Positions 56,284 through 64,000 of a DNA stretch of 64,000 nucleotides are shown in pieces; position 1 is the stretch's first letter, and each line of letters starts with the position of its first letter. This stretch comes from Enhydrobacter sp. (GTDB lineage Bacteria > Pseudomonadota > Alphaproteobacteria > Reyranellales > Reyranellaceae). The position numbers were made by a program, and so were the translations under genes. Location of the stretch: positions 46,418-110,417 of the forward strand of contig JAHCJV010000005.1 in assembly GCA_026126105.1 (NCBI GenBank), in the 5' to 3' direction. Below the pieces are notes generated by a model, which saw only the letters and a program-made list of their open reading frames with translations, was not told the origin of the DNA and did not search any database.

Positions 56284-56299
56284 GGCTGGAGGGTGACGG

Positions 56300-57580
56300 T
56301 CAGGACGAGATGAACTCGTTCCAGCGACGCGTCAGATAGCGATCCTCGTCCATCACCGTGTTCCAGCAAGCGATGTTGCCCATGCGGTCCCAGATCGCGC
56401 CGCCGTCGCGGGTCGTACCCTTCTTCTCCATGAGGGTGCCGTACGGATCCTTGATGTCGACCGCGGCCGGCTTACCGTCGTACCAGTAGTCCCATTCCTC
56501 AGGCGTAAGGAACTTCTTGGCCGTCGACGGGACCGCCGAATAGTAACCCTGCTTGGCGATGAAACCGCCCTGCCAGCCCGAGTTGAACCAGTTCATGTAC
56601 TCGTAGGCGCAGTCGAGCTTCAGGCCGCTGAGATGCGCCATCGGCGCCAGGCCGACGAACCAGCCGCGATAGCCTTCCTTGAGCGGCACGTAGTAGCAGT
56701 CGATGCCGCGCGAGCGCACCGCGGTCACCGCCGGCGACCACATCGACTGGACGACCACCTCGCCCGAGGCCATGAGATTTACCGACTGGTCGAAAGTGCT
56801 CCAGAAAGAGCGGAAGTGGCCGCCCTTCTTGAGATCGATCATGATCTTGACGGTCTTGTCGATCTCCTCCTTCGTCATATTGCCCTTGTCTTTGTACTTG
56901 AAGTCGCCGCGTGCCTCGAGCGCCATGGCGACGTCCATCACACCGACCGGCGCGTAGTCGACCAGAGCCGTCTTGCCCTTGTATTTGGGATCGAGCAGGT
57001 CCTTCCAGCTCGTGATCTTGTCGCGGCCGCCAACGAGATCCGGCCGGATGCCGAGCGTGTCGGCGTTGTAGATCGTGGGGATCATGGTCAGGAAGTCGGT
57101 CGGCTTGGACGCGAGCTTCTTGCCGTCGGCCGCCTCATAAAACATCGCCTCGATCGGTGCGAGGCCCTGGGTCGACGCCATCTGGCCGTTCGGATAGCTG
57201 CCCTTGGTGAAGAGCGGCACGGTCTCGCCCCATAGCTTGTATTTCGCCACCGGGATCGACGCGAGCACACCCTTGCCGGCGAGATAGGGCAGTTTTGTGC
57301 TGTCTATGTTGTTGATGTCGATGGTGTTCGGCTGGGTCAGCGAGCGGTTGAGCTGCACATCGTCGGTGATCGCCTGCATGACGATCTTGAAGCCGAGATC
57401 CTTGCTCGCCTGGTCGGCGATCTCCTTGATCGCCGCGTACGAGCCGCCAGCATGGACCAGCGTGATGTCCTTCGCATTTTGCGCCCACACGGTGGGAAAT
57501 CCGGTGATCGCTTCGGTTGCTGCGATGGCGCCGCCGGCGGCGGCTCCCTTGAGAAGAAGCCGTCGATTGATCCGCTTCAT
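56300..57580 (-). CDS. PotD/PotF-like ABC substrate-binding protein
   Basis: Tat-like RR leader, IYNADTLGIRPD, SWKDLLDP, QSMWSP, EGYRGW. Confidence 0.88.
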   Translation of the reverse strand: MKRINRRLLLKGAAAGGAIAATEAITGFPTVWAQNAKDITLVHAGGSYAAIKEIADQASKDLGFKIVMQAITDDVQLNRSLTQPNTIDINNIDSTKLPYLAGKGVLASIPVAKYKLWGETVPLFTKGSYPNGQMASTQGLAPIEAMFYEAADGKKLASKPTDFLTMIPTIYNADTLGIRPDLVGGRDKITSWKDLLDPKYKGKTALVDYAPVGVMDVAMALEARGDFKYKDKGNMTKEEIDKTVKIMIDLKKGGHFRSFWSTFDQSVNLMASGEVVVQSMWSPAVTAVRSRGIDCYYVPLKEGYRGWFVGLAPMAHLSGLKLDCAYEYMNWFNSGWQGGFIAKQGYYSAVPSTAKKFLTPEEWDYWYDGKPAAVDIKDPYGTLMEKKGTTRDGGAIWDRMGNIACWNTVMDEDRYLTRRWNEFISS

Positions 57581-57629
57581 GAGCCCGCCTCCGTATCGAC
57601 TTCGCGAGATCGAAGTCGTCGAAAGCGTC

Positions 57630-57644
57630 GCAAGAAATATGCCA
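57630..57644 (-). promoter_or_regulatory. Sigma54-type promoter for the ABC transporter operon
   Basis: Minus strand TGGCAT-ATTTC-TTGC (GG-N10-GC). Confidence 0.65.
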
Positions 57645-57684
57645 CCCATGCGCGATCAGCCATCGGCAAAGTTGGAAGCGGAGA

Positions 57685-57700
57685 AGGCGCGCGTCTTGCA
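57685..57700 (+). promoter_or_regulatory. Sigma54-type promoter for the rut operon
   Basis: AGGCGC-GCGTC-TTGCA (GG-N10-GC); predicted +1 near 57711. Confidence 0.55.
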
Positions 57701-57711
57701 TTGGCGAACGG

Positions 57712-58803
57712 ATGGAAATCGGCGTCTTCATCCCCATCGGCAGCAACGGCTGGCTCGTGTCGACGACCTCGCCGCAGTACAGGCCGAGCTTCGAATTGAA
57801 CAAGCAGACGACGTTGAATGCCGAGCGCTACGGTCTCGACTTCGTGCTGTCGATGATCAAGCTGCGGGGCTTCGGCGGAAAGAGCGAGTTCTGGGATCAT
57901 AATCTCGAATCCTTTACCCTGATGGCCGGCCTTGCCGCCGTGACGTCTCGCATCAAGCTGTTCGCGACCGTGCCGACTCTCGCCGTGCCGCCGGCAATCT
58001 GCGCGCGCATGTGCTCGACGATAGACTCGATCTCGAATGGGCGGTTCGGTCTGAATGTGATCACCGGCTGGCAGATTCCCGAGTATTCCCAGATGGGCCT
58101 GTGGCCGGGCGATGCCTATTTCAGCCACCGCTATGAATACGCGACAGAGTACGTCCGGATCCTGCGGGACCTGTGGGAACGCGGCGTGTCCGATCTCAAG
58201 GGCAAGTTCTTCACCATGAACGATTGTCGGCTCAGCCCGCGCCCACAGGCCGACATGAAGATCATCTGCGCCGGGCAGAGCGACACCGGGCTGGCCTTCA
58301 CCGCGCAGCATGCCGACTACAATTTCAGCTTCGGCAAAGGCCTCAACACGCCGACCGCCTGCAGCGACATCGTGGAGCGCATGCAGCTCGCCGCAGCAAA
58401 GACCGGTCGAAAGGTCGCGTCCTACTGTTTGTTCATGGTGATCACCGGCGAGACCGACGCGGAAGCGATGGCCAAGTATGAAACCTACAAGGCCGGTGCC
58501 GATCTCGAGGCACTGAGCTGGATGGTCGATCAGGCGACAGCCGACAAGGCGTCCGGCACGGACAGCGGCGTGCACCAGGCGATCATTCCCGACTCGATGG
58601 TCAATCTGAACATGGGCCTTCTGATAGGCGCGCCGAGAACCGTGGCCCAGATGCTCGACGAGGTGGCAATGATTCCCGGCCTGGCGGGCGTACTGCTGAC
58701 CTTCGACGAATTCGTCAGCGGCACGCAGCTGTTCGGCGAACGCATCCAGCCGCTGATGAACTGCCGCCGTCACGCGACCTCGCTTGCGAAGGCCGCCGAA
58801 TAG
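57712..58803 (+). CDS. rutA: Pyrimidine monooxygenase RutA, copy 1 (more divergent)
   Basis: [60 protein letters not shown]. Confidence 0.88.
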   Translation: MEIGVFIPIGSNGWLVSTTSPQYRPSFELNKQTTLNAERYGLDFVLSMIKLRGFGGKSEFWDHNLESFTLMAGLAAVTSRIKLFATVPTLAVPPAICARMCSTIDSISNGRFGLNVITGWQIPEYSQMGLWPGDAYFSHRYEYATEYVRILRDLWERGVSDLKGKFFTMNDCRLSPRPQADMKIICAGQSDTGLAFTAQHADYNFSFGKGLNTPTACSDIVERMQLAAAKTGRKVASYCLFMVITGETDAEAMAKYETYKAGADLEALSWMVDQATADKASGTDSGVHQAIIPDSMVNLNMGLLIGAPRTVAQMLDEVAMIPGLAGVLLTFDEFVSGTQLFGERIQPLMNCRRHATSLAKAAE

Positions 58804-58833
58804 GCCTCATAAACGTGCCTCGGAGGGTTGGGC

Positions 58834-59921
<1,088 letters not shown>

Positions 59922-59925
<4 letters not shown>

Positions 59926-60689
59926 CCGACCCCGCGCCTGTCAGCTATTTTCCGATCGACGATCCCGCCGCGCGCTGCCTCCCGGCAAAGCCCGAGCCGA
60001 TCATGCTGCGCCCGTCCGAGACGGCGCTGATCATCGTCGACATGCAGAACGCCTATGCCTCGCCCGGCGGCTATACCAGCCTTGCGGGCTTCGACGTCTC
60101 GGGCGCACCGGCCGCGATCGCCAACATCAAGCAGGCCGCGGCGGCCGCGCGCGCCGTCGGCATGCCCGTGATCTACTTCCAGAACGGTTGGGATCCCGAC
60201 TATGTCGAAGCCGGCGGGCCGGGCTCGCCCAACTACCACAAGTCCAATGCGCTGAAGCTGATGCGCCGCAAACCCGAGCTGCAGGGCAAGCTTCTGGCCA
60301 AGGGCGGCTGGGACTACGAGCTGGTGCATGAGCTGCCGCCACAGCCAGGCGACATCGTCGTCGAGAAGCCGCGCTACTCCGCCTTCTTCAACACCAATCT
60401 CGACAGCGTGCTGCGCAGCCGCGGTATCCGCTCCCTGGTGTTCACCGGGATCGCCACCAATGTCTGCGTGGAATCGACCCTGCGCGACGGCTTCTTCCTC
60501 GAGTATTTCGGCGTCGTGCTGCACGACGCCACGCATCACGCCGGGCCCGACTTCATTCTCGATGCCTCGCTCTACAACATCGAGAAGTTCTTCGGCTGGG
60601 TGTCGTCGACCGCGGAGTTCCTCGACGCGCTGAAAGCCAACGCCAACCCAATGGCCAATACTGTGGCAAGCACGAAGGGAGAATCCTGA
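59922..60689 (+). CDS. rutB: Ureidoacrylate amidohydrolase RutB (isochorismatase family)
   Basis: [46 protein letters not shown]. Confidence 0.92.
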
Positions 60690-61078
60690 TGCCCAAGACC
60701 GCGATCTTTCCGCCCGGCGCCGGCCCGACGCTTGCGCCCTATTCGCCGGGCACCTCGGCCGACGGCATCGTCTATGTCTCGGGCACGCTGGCGCTCGACA
60801 AGGAGTTCAACGTCGTCCATGTCGGCGACGCCGCCAAGCAGACGGAGTTCGTGCTCGAGCAGATCAAGGCGGTCATCCAGGCGGCGGGCGGCACCATGGC
60901 CGACGTGACCTTCAACCACATCTTCCTCACCGACTGGGCGAATTACGGCGCCATCAACGGCGTCTACGGCAAGTATTTCCCCGGCGACAAGCCTGCGCGT
61001 TACTGCATCCAGTGCGGCCTGGTGAAGCCGGACGCGCTCGTCGAGATCGCCTCGGTCGCCCATATCGGCAAGCAGTGA
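60689..61078 (+). CDS. rutC: RutC (RidA/YjgF family)
   Basis: [47 protein letters not shown]. Confidence 0.92.
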   Translation: MPKTAIFPPGAGPTLAPYSPGTSADGIVYVSGTLALDKEFNVVHVGDAAKQTEFVLEQIKAVIQAAGGTMADVTFNHIFLTDWANYGAINGVYGKYFPGDKPARYCIQCGLVKPDALVEIASVAHIGKQ

Positions 61079-61857
61079 GCTTCATCGACGTTCACGACAG
61101 CGAGCGGCCTGACGCGCCGACTGTCCTGCTCTCGGCAGGGCTTGGTGGCACGGCGAGCTACTGGGCCCCTCAGCTTACCGCGCTCAAGTCGCGCTATCGC
61201 GTCGTTGTCTACGATCAGGCGGGGACCGGCCGCAACAAGTGCGACCTGCCCGACGATCGCAGCATCGCAGCGATGGCAGACGAAGCGCTGGCCGTCATGA
61301 ACGCGACGAACACCGACAGGGCACATTTCGTCGGCCATGCGCTCGGCGGTCTGATCGGGCTCGATCTCGCGGCACGCCATCCCGATCGCCTGCACTCGCT
61401 CACCGTCGTCAATGGCTGGGCCGCAGCACATGCCCACACCAAGCGCTGCTTCGAGCTGCGGCTCATGCTGCTCGAGCACAAAGGGCCCGCCGCCTACGTG
61501 CGCGCCCAACCGATCTTCCTCTATCCCGCCGACTGGCTGGCGAAGAACGCCGAGCGCGCCGCGCAGGAAGAGGCGCACGGCCTCAGCGGCTTCCAGGGCG
61601 CCGATACCTTGAAGCGCCGGATCGCCGCCCTCCTGGCGTTCGACGCCACACCTCACTTGGCGGACCTGCGCACGCCAACCCTGATCTCTGCCGCCCGCGA
61701 CGACGTGCTGGTGCCGTTCTCGATGTCGGAGCAACTGGCCGCTGCGATACCGGGCGCAACGCTCGACATCGCGCAATGGGGCGCTCACGCGATCAATGTC
61801 ACGCAGCCTTCCGGATTCAACGCGACGCTGCTGAAGTTTCTCGACGCCAATTCATAG
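61075..61857 (+). CDS. rutD: Carbamate/aminoacrylate hydrolase RutD
   Basis: LSAGLGG..YWAPQ, YDQAGTG, GHALGG, HTKRCF, WGAHA; GTGA overlap with rutC. Confidence 0.9.
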   Translation: MSFIDVHDSERPDAPTVLLSAGLGGTASYWAPQLTALKSRYRVVVYDQAGTGRNKCDLPDDRSIAAMADEALAVMNATNTDRAHFVGHALGGLIGLDLAARHPDRLHSLTVVNGWAAAHAHTKRCFELRLMLLEHKGPAAYVRAQPIFLYPADWLAKNAERAAQEEAHGLSGFQGADTLKRRIAALLAFDATPHLADLRTPTLISAARDDVLVPFSMSEQLAAAIPGATLDIAQWGAHAINVTQPSGFNATLLKFLDANS

Positions 61858-61867
61858 CAGCTCATGG

Positions 61868-61947
61868 CTGGGAGCGCGGCTCTCCAGAGTTGCTCTTGCT
61901 TTGGTTTGCATCATCCCATGAGCGGGTCTGGAGACCCACGCTCCCAG
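61868..61947. repeat. REP-like imperfect inverted repeat between convergent genes (possible bidirectional terminator)
   Basis: CTGGGAGCGCGGCTCTCCAGAGTTGCTC vs reverse complement of GAGCGGGTCTGGAGACCCACGCTCCCAG: 23/28 match, 24-nt spacer. Confidence 0.65.
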
Positions 61948-61948
61948 C

Positions 61949-63160
61949 TTACTCCGCGACGTCGCGGGCGCCGACGGTGCGGGAGCGGAACTCGTCGGGG
62001 ACCTCCCGCCCGACGTCAGTGAAGGCCTTCTTCACGGCCGCCACAGTGGGACCGAACACTGCCTTGCGGTTCTCGCGCGCCCAGCTGTTGGAGCCGACGA
62101 TCGTGTCGAGCGAGCCCTGGAAACGCGGCATCACATAGCGCGCAAACAGCTCGTAGGAGCGCATCGTCGCTTCGCGGTCGGCCCATTCGTGTGCCCGGAA
62201 CAGGATCCCGCCGAAGCCACCCTGGGAATAGCCGAGCAGGCGCTCGATGCCCTTGGCGACCGTGTCGGGCGTGCCGACCAGGGTCGTGCCCTGCTTCACG
62301 CCATCGCGCAGCGGATCGTCAGAACGGCCCGGGGGCCGGCCGAGCGTATCCTCGAAATAGGTCACCGTCTCACACCGCTCGCCGGCATGGACCTCGCGCA
62401 GCGCCCGCTCGTCGTCGTCCGCGACATGCGCGTTGACCACGACGCGCCATTTCGAGCGGTCGGCCTTGTGACCGTGCTTGGCCGCGGTCTCCTCGTAGAT
62501 CGCCCACTGCTTGGCCATCGCCTCCGGCCCGCCCGGCAGGCCGGCGCCGATCGACAGCACGCCGACGCCGTGCTTGCCTGCCGCGATCATGCCCGACGGC
62601 GTGATCGTGCTCGCGCAGGCGATCGGGAAGTGTGGATAAGAGTAAGGCGCAAGATGCAACCGCGCCTCCTTGAGCTCGAACCAGTCGGTCTTCATCGTGA
62701 CCGGCTCCTCGCATTTCAGCAGCGCCATGATGGCGGCGAGCGACTGCTCCATGCGGTCGCGCTGGGTCGAGGGATCTATCCCCATCATGTAGGCGTCCGA
62801 CGGCAGCGCGCCCGGGCCGCAACCCAGCATGGTGCGGCCGCGTGACATGTGGTCGAGCTGCACGAACCGGTTCGCGACCATCAGCGGATGATGATAGGGC
62901 AGGCTGGTCACGCCGGAGCCGAGCCGGATGTAGCGCGTGCGCTCGATCAGCGCGCCGATGAAGACCTCGGGCGACGCGATCGTCTCCCATCCGGCGGAAT
63001 GATGCTCGCCGATCCAGGCCTCGTCGTAGCCCAGGTCGTCGATCCATTCGACCAGCTCCATGTCGCGCGCCATGCCCAACGTCGGATTCTCGCCGACCCG
63101 ATGGAACGGCGCGAGGAAGATGCCGAACTGCAGGCCCTTGTGGTTGCCGGTCTGTGCCAT
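61949..63160 (-). CDS. LLM-class flavin-dependent monooxygenase (limonene monooxygenase-like)
   Basis: FGIFLAPFH, AWIGEHHSAGWE, SLPYHHP, LDHMSRGR..GCGPGALPSDA. Confidence 0.88.
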   Translation of the reverse strand: MAQTGNHKGLQFGIFLAPFHRVGENPTLGMARDMELVEWIDDLGYDEAWIGEHHSAGWETIASPEVFIGALIERTRYIRLGSGVTSLPYHHPLMVANRFVQLDHMSRGRTMLGCGPGALPSDAYMMGIDPSTQRDRMEQSLAAIMALLKCEEPVTMKTDWFELKEARLHLAPYSYPHFPIACASTITPSGMIAAGKHGVGVLSIGAGLPGGPEAMAKQWAIYEETAAKHGHKADRSKWRVVVNAHVADDDERALREVHAGERCETVTYFEDTLGRPPGRSDDPLRDGVKQGTTLVGTPDTVAKGIERLLGYSQGGFGGILFRAHEWADREATMRSYELFARYVMPRFQGSLDTIVGSNSWARENRKAVFGPTVAAVKKAFTDVGREVPDEFRSRTVGARDVAE

Positions 63161-63210
63161 GAAAACCTCCGTAGACAGCCAGCCTAGCACGGGATAGGCG
63201 GAAATATTCC

Positions 63211-64000
63211 ATGAGCCCATCCGACGCCCTCCCCCTTTCGCGCTTCACGATCGTCGAAGTGAACGACCGCGACGTACCGCTCTGCCTGCGGCTCGCCACG
63301 TCGCTTGCCGGAAAGATCGCGGCCGACCTTGGTGCCACAGTGCTCAAGATCGAACCGCGCGATGGCGATCCGGTGCGACGGGCGCCGCCGTTCCTGCCGC
63401 AAGGCGAAAGCGCGCTGTTTCAATTCCTCAACACGTCGAAGCGCACACTTACGCTTGATCTCGGAGACCAGGCCGACCGCGCCACCCTGACGAAGCTGCT
63501 CGAAACGGCAGACGCCGTGCTGTTCGAGGAGCCGGCCTCGATCGCGCCGCTGGCGCGGACCGGCCGCGCGACGCCGATCGAGGTCGCAGCCTTTCCGCTG
63601 GAGATGAACGCTGCCCGCCGCCCCGTCAGCGAATTCACCCTCCAGGCCTTGGGCGGGCTGCTTCATATGGTGGGCGAGCCCAAGCGCAAGCCGCTGCGGC
63701 TCGGCGGCCATCAGGCATCGTATCCGGCCGGCCTCACCGCCTTCACGGGCCTGGCCGCCGCTCTCGCCGCGCGCGATGCGGGCCGGAGGCCGCCTTCAGT
63801 GCGTGTATCGCTCGCCGAAGTGCTGCAATGGGTGAACTGGAAGGCGGCGTCCGGCGCGGAGGCCAGCGGCACCTCGCCCGGCCGTGAGGGAAAGCAGTCG
63901 GAGTTCCAGATCGTTCCATGCCGCGACGGTCACGTGGCGGTCGTCTATACCGCCACCCAATGGCCTGCAACGCGCGCACTGATCGGCGACCCTCGTCTCG
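63211..64000 (+). CDS. Family III (CaiB/BaiF) CoA transferase, 3' truncated by window edge
   Basis: KIAADLGATVLKIEPRDGDPVRR, FLNTSKR, GEPKRKPLR; frame is open to the window end (not in the ORF track). Confidence 0.8.
   Translation, partial: MSPSDALPLSRFTIVEVNDRDVPLCLRLATSLAGKIAADLGATVLKIEPRDGDPVRRAPPFLPQGESALFQFLNTSKRTLTLDLGDQADRATLTKLLETADAVLFEEPASIAPLARTGRATPIEVAAFPLEMNAARRPVSEFTLQALGGLLHMVGEPKRKPLRLGGHQASYPAGLTAFTGLAAALAARDAGRRPPSVRVSLAEVLQWVNWKAASGAEASGTSPGREGKQSEFQIVPCRDGHVAVVYTATQWPATRALIGDPRL

Overview
High-GC chromosomal region with an alphaproteobacterial gene repertoire (Reyranella-like, by inference only). It holds about 66 protein-coding genes, mostly catabolic enzymes, ABC transporters and redox or stress functions. 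I found no rRNA, tRNA, CRISPR array or transposase. Main blocks: ahpCD, a branched-chain-type ABC transporter, a HWE kinase with a receiver protein, cydAB with a MocR-type regulator, a thiolase/DUF35 pair, a PotABCD-like ABC transporter, and a rut pyrimidine-utilisation cluster with tandem rutA genes. Most notable features not shown by the ORF track: (1) a 72-codon SelW/Rdx-like gene with an in-frame UGA in a CxxU motif and a SECIS-like hairpin (31354-31572); (2) a ~1 kb HNH-nuclease cassette flanked by direct repeats that duplicate the 3' end of the neighbouring gene; (3) an Irr/ICE-like box over the ahpCD promoter; (4) back-to-back sigma54-type promoters between the ABC transporter and rutA, predicting a leaderless rutA mRNA; (5) EcfG-type stress promoters; (6) a highly divergent Cys/Met-type PLP enzyme; (7) a decayed DUF2243 pseudogene; (8) a REP-like palindrome. 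All family assignments come from motif recognition without database searches.
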